Positions 36,490 to 45,067 of a stretch of 64,000 nt of DNA are shown in pieces. The notes beneath the pieces were generated by a model that worked only from the letters and a program-made list of their open reading frames with translations, searched no databases and was not told the DNA's origin. Position numbers and translations under genes: made by a program. How positions within the stretch are numbered: position 1 is the first letter of the stretch; every line of letters begins with the position of its first letter. Origin of the DNA: an uncultured Candidatus Saccharibacteria bacterium (lineage in GTDB: Bacteria; Patescibacteriota; Saccharimonadia; Saccharimonadales; UBA10212). The DNA is taken from NCBI GenBank assembly GCA_964483315.1, contig CAZAAL010000001.1, positions 48,867 through 112,866 on the forward strand, given 5' to 3'.

Positions 36490-36503
36490 TTTTCACGTGA
36501 AAA
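36490..36503. promoter_or_regulatory. Palindromic site TTTTCACGTGAAAA (copy 2) upstream of valS
   Basis: Perfect 14-bp palindrome, 52 nt upstream of the valS ATG. Confidence 0.5.
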
Positions 36504-36554
36504 TCAAAGCAAAAGACTTATCATAACACCTTAAAAACTGGTATACTTCTTTTA

Positions 36555-39137
36555 ATGAAATTACCAAGTACTTATGAGCCGCAGACTTACGAGTCAGATA
36601 TCTATGAACTTTGGGAGCAGAGCGGAGCCTTCAGGCCTAAAGGGCAGGGTAGTGGCTTTAGTATCGCCATGCCCCCACCAAACGCTAATGGCAATCTGCA
36701 TATCGGTCACGCATTAACTAACGCTATTCAGGATGTTCTTATCCGTTATAACAGGATGAAGGGATCACCTACGGTTTATCTACCAGGCGCAGATCATGCC
36801 GGATTCGAAACCTGGGTTGTCTACGAAAAACAGCTCCAAAAAGAAGGAAAAAGCAGGTTTGATTTTAGCAGGGAAGAACTTTACCAAGGCGTCTGGGATT
36901 TTGTGCAACTAAACAAAGGTAATTTTGAATCTCAACTAAGAGCCTTGGGCGCAAGCTGTGACTGGGACAACTTTACGTTTACTCTTGATGAGAGGGTAGT
37001 AAAGCAATCCTATAAAACCTTTAAAAAACTATGGGATGAAGGCCTGATTTACAGGGGTGAGCGCATAGTAAATTACTGTACGCACCATGGCACAAGCTTT
37101 TCGGATATTGAGGTCGTTCACGAGACCGAGAAAACTAAATTATGGCACATCGCCTATCCGTTAGCCGATGGTAGCGGGGAAGTGGTTATAGCCACAACCC
37201 GCCCAGAGACCAAACTTGGCCAGTCCGCCTTAATGGTTAACCCAAATGATAAGCGCAACAAACACCTTATAGGCAAAATCGTAAATCAACCTTTGATCCC
37301 TGACGTTCCTATAAAAATTATTGCCGACGATTACGTTAACCCAGAATTCGGAACCGGAGTTGTTACGGTTACGCCAGGGCATGATACCAACGATTTTGAA
37401 GTTGCTCGTAGGCACAATTTGCCAATCATCGAGCTAATTAACCATGAGGGCAAGATGAGCCAAAACGTACCCGAACAGTTTAGGGGTATGACGGTTCTAG
37501 AAGCCCGAACAGCGGTTGCTAAAGCGCTTGAGGACGGTGGTTTTATTAGAAAAGTTGAAGATTACGAACACAGTGTCGGTAAGTGTTATAGATGCGGTAC
37601 TGTAATTGAGCCATTGGTAAAAGATCAGTGGTTTTTAAGCATGCGCCCCTTGGCCGATAAAGCTATTGAGCGGATAGAGCAGGGCAAAATAAATTTTTAT
37701 CCTGCCTCAAAAAAGAAGCAAACTGTTGAGTATTTAAAATCTGTCCACGATTGGAATATCAGCCGGCAAATTGCTTGGGGTATACCTATACCTGCATTTG
37801 TAAATATTGATAACCCTGATGAGTGGATATTCGACGAAAGAGTTGATCAGGAGCAAATTGTAGTTGATGGCAAAACCTACCGCCGAGATCCAGATGTATT
37901 TGATACTTGGTTTTCCAGTGGGCATTGGCCACTTGTTACAACCGGATACCCAGATAATCATGATTTAAAGAATTTTTATCCGTTGAATTTAATGGAAACC
38001 GGAGGCGAAATTCTATATCAGTGGGTCGCTCGGATGATCATGCTAGGGATCTATCTAACAGATGAAGTACCTTTTAAAGACGTGTATATACATGGTTATG
38101 TAATGGCCGAGGATGGCTCCAAAATGAGCAAGAGCCTAGGCAACGTAATTAACCCAGTCGATGTAATTAATGAGTATGGCTCAGATGCTCTAAGGATCGG
38201 AATATTAGATGGGCGTGTGGCTGGCATTAACAGGGGTTACGACAGTCGAAAAGTCAAAGAGGCGCGCAATTTTTGCAATAAACTTTGGAACATCGCCAGA
38301 TTTATTGAAGACAGGGTAGGGGACGAATACCAACTAAAAAATTCACCTGACCCAAAAACCCCAGCTGATCATTGGATATTGTACAAGTTACAACAGGCAT
38401 CTTCAGCAATATCTGACGATCTAGAAAAATATCGAATCAGTGACGCTGTTAGTAAGTTGTATCATTTTGTTTGGGATGATTTTGCCGACTGGTATATCGA
38501 ATCTAGCAAAGTCCAATTTAACCCATCTGTTTTAACTTTTGTGCTTGATAACACCTTAAAACTAGCACATCCATTTGCGCCTTTTGTATCTGAAACTATT
38601 TGGCAGACCCTTTCTTGGGAGCCGGATGATTCCTTGTTAATTAACCAACGTTGGCCAAATGTTCCAAGCCCTAGCACTGAAAAAGTTGAGGATTTCAGCT
38701 CCATTATGGATGTCGTTCTAGAAGCTCGTCATATAATCAGTTCGATCCAGTTAGGGCGTAAACCAAACCTATACTTTAAGTCGGCGCCGTTTATTGAGCA
38801 AAATGCCGAACTATTTAAGCACCTGGCAAAAATCGAAAACGTTATGCAGGTAAGCGATGGCCGTGGGCTTCATTTAACTAAGTCTAGGCACGATTGTTGG
38901 CTAGATATAGATCAAAGCTCAGCTAGCCACTACCTAGCCAAACTGGAGGCTCAGAGGGCCGAAACTCATAACCTTGTTTCACGTCTAGAAGAACGCTTAT
39001 CTAATAAAAATTACTTAAAAAATGCACCTAAAGAGGTGGTAGGGCAGACTAAACAGCAACTGGATGAAGAAAAACAAAAACTAGATCACACTATTGCCGA
39101 AATCGCTTCGTTCCGCGACGCCACCAAGTCAATCTAA
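36555..39137 (+). CDS. valS: Valine--tRNA ligase
   Basis: 860 aa with PPPNANGNLHIGHA (HIGH), KMSKSLGN and a C-terminal coiled coil. Confidence 0.96.
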   Translation: MKLPSTYEPQTYESDIYELWEQSGAFRPKGQGSGFSIAMPPPNANGNLHIGHALTNAIQDVLIRYNRMKGSPTVYLPGADHAGFETWVVYEKQLQKEGKSRFDFSREELYQGVWDFVQLNKGNFESQLRALGASCDWDNFTFTLDERVVKQSYKTFKKLWDEGLIYRGERIVNYCTHHGTSFSDIEVVHETEKTKLWHIAYPLADGSGEVVIATTRPETKLGQSALMVNPNDKRNKHLIGKIVNQPLIPDVPIKIIADDYVNPEFGTGVVTVTPGHDTNDFEVARRHNLPIIELINHEGKMSQNVPEQFRGMTVLEARTAVAKALEDGGFIRKVEDYEHSVGKCYRCGTVIEPLVKDQWFLSMRPLADKAIERIEQGKINFYPASKKKQTVEYLKSVHDWNISRQIAWGIPIPAFVNIDNPDEWIFDERVDQEQIVVDGKTYRRDPDVFDTWFSSGHWPLVTTGYPDNHDLKNFYPLNLMETGGEILYQWVARMIMLGIYLTDEVPFKDVYIHGYVMAEDGSKMSKSLGNVINPVDVINEYGSDALRIGILDGRVAGINRGYDSRKVKEARNFCNKLWNIARFIEDRVGDEYQLKNSPDPKTPADHWILYKLQQASSAISDDLEKYRISDAVSKLYHFVWDDFADWYIESSKVQFNPSVLTFVLDNTLKLAHPFAPFVSETIWQTLSWEPDDSLLINQRWPNVPSPSTEKVEDFSSIMDVVLEARHIISSIQLGRKPNLYFKSAPFIEQNAELFKHLAKIENVMQVSDGRGLHLTKSRHDCWLDIDQSSASHYLAKLEAQRAETHNLVSRLEERLSNKNYLKNAPKEVVGQTKQQLDEEKQKLDHTIAEIASFRDATKSI

Positions 39138-39979
39138 AACTCTAGGGCGGCGCGGATTCTGCTGACTGATTCTTCTGGTTTAAAATCATCAAACCATAGC
39201 ACATGCCACCCCTGTTTATCGGCTGCGATAAGGTTTGTTCGACTATCATCAATTAACAGTATCTGTTCGGGTTTAACCCCGGCTTTTTGGCTAGCTACTT
39301 CGTAAATTTTTGGCTCTGGCTTTACTGCTCCTACTTGTGACGAATCAACAATTGCGGTGTAGGGAACATCCGGAATCAAGCCTCGTTGTAATAGGGCATC
39401 AATAAAGTTGGGCATAATGTTGCTCATTAAACCGATTTCGTAGTGTTCGGCTGTCCAGGCTACTGCATCTTTAACGGCCGAGATCGAATTTATGCTTGTT
39501 AGGTAATAAAACATCCAATCAAACTCTTTAACACCCAGTTGATTAGCAAAAAGTTCGTTAAATTCGCTTAGAGTCATTTCGCCACGACAAACTTTATCGT
39601 TATAGCGCCAAAAAGTTGTCTCAATCATGTCTGCGTTAGCACCGGTATCTTTAGCGATATTAGTAAAGGCGGAGTGAAAAAACCTAACCAAAGTACCGTT
39701 TATATCAAAATAAACAAATCTTACACCGTTTTTTGACTGCTTTTTATTAGCAGAAGTCCCAATTGGCCGTTGATGGGGCAACATTAGTTCGTCTAGGCTG
39801 GCTCCGACAACACTCGCTATGTTGGCAACTGTAAAAATCGATGGCGACTTTATTGCGCCACGTTCAATTTTGGCTAGAGTAGAGTAGCTCAAGCCAGTAC
39901 TATTGCATAGCTGTTGCTGGGTTAATCCTGCCCTTTGTCTTGCTGATTGAAGCTGTTTGCCTAGTTGCTTTTCGTCCAC
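39134..39979 (-). CDS. XRE-family HTH fused to HAD-superfamily hydrolase
   Basis: The N-terminus LGKQLQSARQRAGLTQQQLCNSTGLSYSTLAKIERG is an HTH_3 motif. The C-terminus has FDINGTL and LLIDDSRTNL (HAD motifs I and IV). Confidence 0.75.
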   Translation of the reverse strand: MDEKQLGKQLQSARQRAGLTQQQLCNSTGLSYSTLAKIERGAIKSPSIFTVANIASVVGASLDELMLPHQRPIGTSANKKQSKNGVRFVYFDINGTLVRFFHSAFTNIAKDTGANADMIETTFWRYNDKVCRGEMTLSEFNELFANQLGVKEFDWMFYYLTSINSISAVKDAVAWTAEHYEIGLMSNIMPNFIDALLQRGLIPDVPYTAIVDSSQVGAVKPEPKIYEVASQKAGVKPEQILLIDDSRTNLIAADKQGWHVLWFDDFKPEESVSRIRAALEF

Positions 39980-40053
39980 GACCCACCCTTTTTTTTACAA
40001 TATAAAAATCTCTCACCAGACTTTTTGCTAGCCATATAGTACCATAGATTAAT

Positions 40054-40081
40054 TTTACAGTTTACAGTTTACTGTTTACAA
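40054..40081. repeat. Four tandem heptads TTTACAG/TTTACAG/TTTACTG/TTTACAA containing the inverted repeat ACAGT-TT-ACTGT
   Basis: Read directly. Lies 75-100 bp upstream of the XRE-HAD start and just downstream of the HIT gene stop. Confidence 0.6.
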
Positions 40082-40088
40082 ACTATTA

Positions 40089-40481
40089 CTAAAACGCTAG
40101 TTGCTTTGCTATTTTAGCTAATTCTTCGTTGGTAGGTTGGTAATTAAAATCTTGCTTGGCATGAAATTCATTATCGGTATTAAAAGGGAACAAGTGAACA
40201 TGCGCATGTGGAACATCAGTGCCAACTACTTTTACACCTACTCGTTCGGGTTTTAAAACCTCCCTGAGTCGGTTAGCTACTATTTTGGATGTATCCATAA
40301 CCGCTTTATAATCGCCATCATCAAGATCCCAGATGTGATCAACCTGAACTTTTGGTATAACAAGCGTATGGCCTGGTTGTAGAGGGTGGATATCTAAAAA
40401 CGCAAGGGTTTTATCATCTTCGTAAATCTTATAACAGGGAATCTCGCCTTTAATAATTTTTGTAAAAATTGAATCTTGCAT
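40089..40481 (-). CDS. HIT family protein (histidine triad nucleotide hydrolase)
   Basis: 130 aa with IFTKIIKGEIP and HAHVHLFP (HxHxH). Confidence 0.85.
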   Translation of the reverse strand: MQDSIFTKIIKGEIPCYKIYEDDKTLAFLDIHPLQPGHTLVIPKVQVDHIWDLDDGDYKAVMDTSKIVANRLREVLKPERVGVKVVGTDVPHAHVHLFPFNTDNEFHAKQDFNYQPTNEELAKIAKQLAF

Positions 40482-40652
40482 TTAAAAAATCATACTTAAA
40501 GCAGTAAAAAATACTATAAAAACAAAGACTCCAGATACAGCGCTAGCCGTTATTGCACTTTTTTGATTACCGCCCGTTGAGCGCATAAGTTTTGTGTAAA
40601 TCCAGGTTGCCAATCCAACCGCAAAAAGCAGTGATATTAATCCGTTTCCCAT
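40482..40652 (-). CDS. Possible 56-aa two-TM membrane peptide
   Basis: My own translation is MGNGLISLLFAVGLATWIYTKLMRSTGGNQKSAITASAVSGVFVFIVFFTALSMIF. Its stop abuts the HIT start codon. Below the ORF-track size cutoff. Confidence 0.3.
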   Translation of the reverse strand: MGNGLISLLFAVGLATWIYTKLMRSTGGNQKSAITASAVSGVFVFIVFFTALSMIF

Positions 40653-40746
40653 AAGTAAATATTAACAGACATTAGCCCACTTGTTTACAAATTGCAAATT
40701 AACAAGTTTGGGTGTATCGTAATCTTTATATAAAGAGGTGAAAAAA

Positions 40747-41553
40747 GTGAAGGGTTTTAAATTATTTGTAGCAAGTGTATTTTTGTTAACCTTAGTTTTT
40801 GCTGGAGTAATGCAGGGTAGGGCAAGTGCCCAGAGAGCTACTCCACTCAGCTGTGTTGTTTATTATTTTGACCAACAAGAGCAATATCAGTTTGAACATG
40901 TGACTATTGGTTGCGATTTAAGTATAAAGAAAAGTGTTAGCGTTAACGGGGGGAGCTTCTTCGATGCTGATACTTCCGCCGACGCTGTAAATGCTAGCAT
41001 CGGTAATAGTGTTACGTGGAAGGTAGTTGTCAATGGCTCATTACCTGAAGTACCGATAGGCGGTGGAACTTATCACGTTGGTATTGCCAGAGTATCTGAC
41101 TTGCTGCCCGAGGGTACATCATATGTTTCTCATAGCGCAAGCTACGGCACATTTAATAGTGGTCTTGGATTTTGGGACTTTGAGATGAACTCAGAAGAAC
41201 CAACTTTCCCGATTGAGCTAACCATAAATACAACCGCTGTTAGCTCCGGACTACACGAAAACCAAGCTAGTTTGTCGGGCTATGATATAAATCTTTGTGG
41301 CTCTGAAGGTCCTGGTCCCTGTGGTTTTGAATCTTACACTGACAGTACGTCAACAAACAATAGTGATAGTGCTTGGATAAGCGTAAGTGCAGCACCAGTA
41401 GTTCTGGGTTCTTCAGCTACAGCCACTCCAGCAGTGCAGGGACTGGCTGATACCGGTGACACTATTGTTCAATCAGTGCTTGCCGGATCATTAATTGTAT
41501 TTACTGCTGTTTTAGCTTTTTCGAGCAAATTGCGTCGTACTAAAGCTGATTAA
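40747..41553 (+). CDS. Secreted surface protein with a LADTG sorting signal (sortase substrate candidate)
   Basis: Signal peptide present. The C-terminus is LADTG + hydrophobic stretch + KLRRTKAD. The GTG at 40747 (8 nt after AAAGAGG) is preferred over 40738. Confidence 0.6.
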   Translation: MKGFKLFVASVFLLTLVFAGVMQGRASAQRATPLSCVVYYFDQQEQYQFEHVTIGCDLSIKKSVSVNGGSFFDADTSADAVNASIGNSVTWKVVVNGSLPEVPIGGGTYHVGIARVSDLLPEGTSYVSHSASYGTFNSGLGFWDFEMNSEEPTFPIELTINTTAVSSGLHENQASLSGYDINLCGSEGPGPCGFESYTDSTSTNNSDSAWISVSAAPVVLGSSATATPAVQGLADTGDTIVQSVLAGSLIVFTAVLAFSSKLRRTKAD

Positions 41554-41646
41554 TAAAATTATTGCCAACCTCGGTTTTTGCGTAAAACAAAAGCGCTAGG
41601 CTTAGAATTAGTATCGATATTAGTACAAAGAATTTCGTCTTTTCGT

Positions 41647-42264
41647 TCATTGCGGCTCCTTGTCTAAGCTAGCAACTACAACTAACCTGTCTTTAGCTGA
41701 CCAAATTGGCGTACAAGTATAAACCGTTAAAGTTGGTTCATTGGTTGGATTTTCCACTTCAACTGCCGACGCGGGTACAACTTTTGTGTCTTTGACGGTG
41801 TAAATATACTCCTTTTTATCCCAATAAATCACTAACTTATCGCCAATGGACACTTTATCTAAACTGTAAAAAGTCGCCGGTCCACCATACGTAAACCGAT
41901 GCCCAACCAACACAGTATTAGATCCTTTGGGCGGAACTGACGTTTTTGGCCTAGCCCAAACACCATTGTTTACTGAATATTCGCTCTGGCCTTCAATTAT
42001 TGGCTCATTTAAAGCAATTTTTGGAATAACTAACCGCTTATCCTCTGGTATAGGTTGGCGCTTATCATTATTTGAGCTATCGACAGATGTTTGGTAGGGA
42101 AGACCTTGTGTCGTCTCGGCTTGTTGCTTTTTTACCCAATAGTCGAGCTTAGGTAGTAAAGGTAAAAGCAAAATATAGCCGTTGATTAGAATAATTAACC
42201 CAATTAAAACCCAATTAATCTGTTTGAGTTGAATTTTTGATTCCGGGCTAGGCACTTCGTCCAT
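41647..42264 (-). CDS. Sortase (transpeptidase)
   Basis: 205 aa with an N-terminal TM, catalytic His (VLVGHRF), LTVYTCTP (TLxTC) and Arg (DRLVVVA). Confidence 0.85.
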   Translation of the reverse strand: MDEVPSPESKIQLKQINWVLIGLIILINGYILLLPLLPKLDYWVKKQQAETTQGLPYQTSVDSSNNDKRQPIPEDKRLVIPKIALNEPIIEGQSEYSVNNGVWARPKTSVPPKGSNTVLVGHRFTYGGPATFYSLDKVSIGDKLVIYWDKKEYIYTVKDTKVVPASAVEVENPTNEPTLTVYTCTPIWSAKDRLVVVASLDKEPQ

Positions 42265-42304
42265 GCCTATATGTTACAAGATTTATTTCAAGGGACACGT
42301 TATC

Positions 42305-43339
42305 CTAGAAGCCAACACCCCTCATAGCACACTTTGCCAGAAGCGCATGCACTACAATGTTATCACCTGCTTCGTGCCCATAACCACTTGACACCTCAAC
42401 ATACTCCACTCCATCAATTTCCGATGCAAGCTCTTTTGTATCCTTTGTTGGTGCAATTTTAGTATTTTCAGCGCTAGATAAAAGTACTTTGGTGTGTGGG
42501 CTTTTTTCTCTTATCTGGGTAATCGTTCGCCTTAAATCAGCAGTAGTCATAGAACTTAAAATGGCTTGGTTTTCTGGCAATTTTGAGTCTCTCGCAAATT
42601 TCCTAAAATTATTTACCGTCCTTGGCCCGGGTATTCTAGCTCCAAAAATCAATCCATGCGCATCATTTAGAGCATCGATCTTTGAGTCTCTAACAGCTTT
42701 TATGAACGGGAACAGGCCAGTCTTTACAAAATCCTTTTCAAGCTCCTTTGTTGATCTACCTTGTACAACATTTGGAGTATCAAAAATACCAACTGAACTA
42801 ACCTCTGCATAATCACTAAGCTTCAAGCCCACATTAGACGAAGTAAGCCCTCCTAGCGAGTACCCAGACATTGCAAGCGAATATCCAACGATATCCAGGT
42901 TTAAGATATTTTTTGCAGCAAGAAACCTGACATACTTTTCAGCTATAGGAGCCATTTCTCCACTCGATACAACACTTAGCTCTTCCGCAGATAGGGTGAA
43001 TGCTCTTTCTTGAGTAGTGCTACTAGGGAAAACCACAACTTTTTTGTCTGGGCAAATCGCATCCTGCATAAATCTAGCCCTAATATGCATATGATCGCTA
43101 TAACCGTTTGCAAAGGGGAGAAAAAGTACTACAGATTCTGTTTCATCAAAATCACCAGCTGGCAAAAGCTCAACGTATCTTACTGATTGGTCATCATTAT
43201 GATATAACTCTGTTTTTGGCTTATCCTTTAGAAGATCCTCAAGAGATGCATTAGTAAACTTTTCGTGGGTAGCTTGAAACTGATTGTCATACAAATGACT
43301 TAAGGAATCTGGTATTACAGGTGGTTCGTAACTCCTCAT
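42305..43339 (-). CDS. Alpha/beta-hydrolase-like protein, hypothetical
   Basis: 344 aa with nucleophile-elbow-like MSGYSLGG and a late GHEAGD. No specific family. Confidence 0.45.
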   Translation of the reverse strand: MRSYEPPVIPDSLSHLYDNQFQATHEKFTNASLEDLLKDKPKTELYHNDDQSVRYVELLPAGDFDETESVVLFLPFANGYSDHMHIRARFMQDAICPDKKVVVFPSSTTQERAFTLSAEELSVVSSGEMAPIAEKYVRFLAAKNILNLDIVGYSLAMSGYSLGGLTSSNVGLKLSDYAEVSSVGIFDTPNVVQGRSTKELEKDFVKTGLFPFIKAVRDSKIDALNDAHGLIFGARIPGPRTVNNFRKFARDSKLPENQAILSSMTTADLRRTITQIREKSPHTKVLLSSAENTKIAPTKDTKELASEIDGVEYVEVSSGYGHEAGDNIVVHALLAKCAMRGVGF

Positions 43340-43380
43340 TTGGGAATATTATACTACTTTTTAACTATTTGGTCAATGTT

Positions 43381-43397
43381 TTGGCGGAGAGGGAGGG
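43381..43397 (-). repeat. 17-nt copy of a tRNA-Ser 3' end (exact match to the tRNA-Ser(GGA) end; 16/17 to the adjacent tRNA-Ser(CGA))
   Basis: TTGGCGGAGAGGGAGGG at 43381-97. The adjacent tRNA 3' end at 43556-72 reads TTGGCGGAGAGAGAGGG. Offset is 175 bp, with a hairpin in between. Confidence 0.8.
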
Positions 43398-43517
43398 GTA
43401 TCGGCCTTCGGCCTCCTTCGCTCAAACTTTCTCGAAGCAAGCTTCTGCGTGAGTTTTTGCTACACCGAACCCTTCGTTCGCTAACGCTCACTTTTACGGG
43501 TTCAAATCTATCCCGTC

Positions 43518-43555
43518 ATCAACAGAAAAAACGCCCAAGGAGGACGTTTTTTCTG
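43518..43555 (-). terminator. Hairpin terminator after tRNA-Ser(CGA)
   Basis: AACAGAAAAAACG-N11-CGTTTTTTCTGTT, a 13-bp stem. Confidence 0.6.
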
Positions 43556-43556
43556 T

Positions 43557-43646
43557 TGGCGGAGAGAGAGGGATTCGAACCCTCGGTACCATTGCTGGTA
43601 CACTTGTTTTCGAGACAAGCCAGTTCAACCGCTCCTGCACCTCTCC
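43557..43646 (-). tRNA. tRNA-Ser (anticodon CGA)
   Basis: Hand fold: acceptor GGAGAGG, anticodon stem-loop CTTGT-CTCGAAA-ACAAG, long variable arm, T-arm GAGGG-TTCGAAT-CCCTC, encoded CCA. Confidence 0.9.
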
Positions 43647-43678
43647 ATAAATAAATTATAAACAGTTATTATACTTGT

Positions 43679-44200
43679 ATGGCGTTAATTTATATTACAG
43701 GGCCAACTGGGTCGGGAAAGTCCACTATTTGTCTAGAGTTAGGCAAACTTGGATACGAGGTATACGACACCGACAAGGATGGCATCAGAAAATGGCTAGA
43801 CCCTAAATCCGGTAAACCCGTTAAAGATTTTATAAAAAATCAGTCACTTGATATGAAGTGGTTAAATGACCATCAATTAGGACTGCCGATAGATTGGCTA
43901 GCTGATCTAAAGAGCAGGGCAGAAAAATCCAACATTTATGTCTGCGGAACATCGCCGATAGATCATACAGACAAAGCAATCTTTGATAAGATTTTCGTTT
44001 TAGTAATTGATGAAGCGATTCAAAAACAACGGATTACCGATCGAACAAATAACCAATACGGTAAAGACCCCGAGCAACTACAAAAAGCTCTAAAATGGCG
44101 CGAGCCAACTATTGATCGTTATGTCGAAAATGGTGCAGTCGAATTAGATGGAACTTTATCTGTAAATCAAATTGTCAAAAAAATACTAGCCAAGACATAG
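43679..44200 (+). CDS. P-loop NTPase / nucleoside-nucleotide kinase-like protein
   Basis: 173 aa with Walker A GPTGSGKST at the N-terminus. Confidence 0.55.
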   Translation: MALIYITGPTGSGKSTICLELGKLGYEVYDTDKDGIRKWLDPKSGKPVKDFIKNQSLDMKWLNDHQLGLPIDWLADLKSRAEKSNIYVCGTSPIDHTDKAIFDKIFVLVIDEAIQKQRITDRTNNQYGKDPEQLQKALKWREPTIDRYVENGAVELDGTLSVNQIVKKILAKT

Positions 44201-44242
44201 CTTTTAACAGATAAAGATGTTATACTTACCTCTGTTTTTCGA

Positions 44243-44319
44243 GCACCCGTAGCTCAGCTGGATAGAGCGTTGGCTTGCGGAGCCAAAGGTCGTAGGTTCA
44301 AATCCTGCCGGGTGTACCA
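44243..44319 (+). tRNA. tRNA-Arg (anticodon GCG as read by hand)
   Basis: Acceptor GCACCCG/CGGGTGT (G1.U72), D-arm GCTC/GAGC, anticodon stem-loop TTGGC-TTGCGGA-GCCAA, T-arm GTAGG-TTCAAAT-CCTGC, discriminator A, encoded CCA. Confidence 0.8.
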
Positions 44320-44347
44320 AGTAAGGAGCCTGTATCTTGCGGACTTT

Positions 44348-45067
44348 TTAAATCCTAAGCTTACGGGCTAGGCGATCGATTGCTTCGCCTTTGGCTTGTT
44401 CTTGTGGCAGTCGATTACCTAATAGTTCCATTATTTCATCTTCGCTATCTGGCGGATAAAACATCGAAACAGGGGGCATAAACCTTTTTAATGGTGTCAA
44501 ATTTATGCTCCGTATCCCCTGATCTTGACTCAATGAAAAAGATTTAAAAAGGCTATACTGGTAAAATTTTGGCCCAATCTGGACTCCGTCTGATCTTAGC
44601 TCATAATTTACTGACTCTGGTTTACGCTTTACCATAAAAGCAATTAAAACAGCCAAAACAATAAAAATTAAAACCGAAAACAAGTCTTTAGTTAATACAT
44701 AAGCTATTGCACTTAGTAAAACAGCTCCACCAAAGAGTGCAAAGTACCAACTACTGCCTCGTTCGTGCTGAATAAAAGCAGAAGCTGACCAACTTACTGA
44801 TCCTTGTTCCGAAGCAGTTGAACCTAACTGCTGTTGTGATAAATCTTGGCTGCCCTGTGGTGAATACGAAAAGTTGTCTGCATCTTGTGGCTGTAGCGGA
44901 ACTTGTTCTGCTTGATTTGTATTTGGCTCAAAATCTTGTACCGGGGCAGGCACGGCAGAATCGGGACTCGGTTCATTTGAATGGTTAATTTTTAAATCGT
45001 TTTGGGGCGGCTCTGAACCACCGTTGGGATTATAGCTCCAGCCAGGTTGTTGATTATCAGGTTGCAT
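44348..45067 (-). CDS. Hypothetical membrane protein (Q/P-rich N-terminus, 2 TM, C-terminal soluble domain)
   Basis: Start set at the ATG at 45067 (MQPDNQQPGW...). The longer track ORF to 45268 runs through the tRNA genes and is rejected. Confidence 0.55.
   Translation of the reverse strand: MQPDNQQPGWSYNPNGGSEPPQNDLKINHSNEPSPDSAVPAPVQDFEPNTNQAEQVPLQPQDADNFSYSPQGSQDLSQQQLGSTASEQGSVSWSASAFIQHERGSSWYFALFGGAVLLSAIAYVLTKDLFSVLIFIVLAVLIAFMVKRKPESVNYELRSDGVQIGPKFYQYSLFKSFSLSQDQGIRSINLTPLKRFMPPVSMFYPPDSEDEIMELLGNRLPQEQAKGEAIDRLARKLRI

Noticed and set aside
36360-36554. T-box riboswitch upstream of valS
   Set aside because: No recognisable T-box sequence, specifier-loop context or terminator/antiterminator pair. 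Only ACGGGTGGGATAA gives weak similarity.
40054-40081. CRISPR-like or minisatellite interpretation of the GTTTACA heptads
   Set aside because: Only four 7-bp units, with no spacers and no cas genes. A regulatory repeat is more plausible.
41540-41650. 36-codon hydrophobic micro-ORF overlapping the sortase stop (ATGA)
   Set aside because: Too short to support on its own, and it overlaps the 3' end of the convergent surface-protein gene. Mentioned only in a finding.
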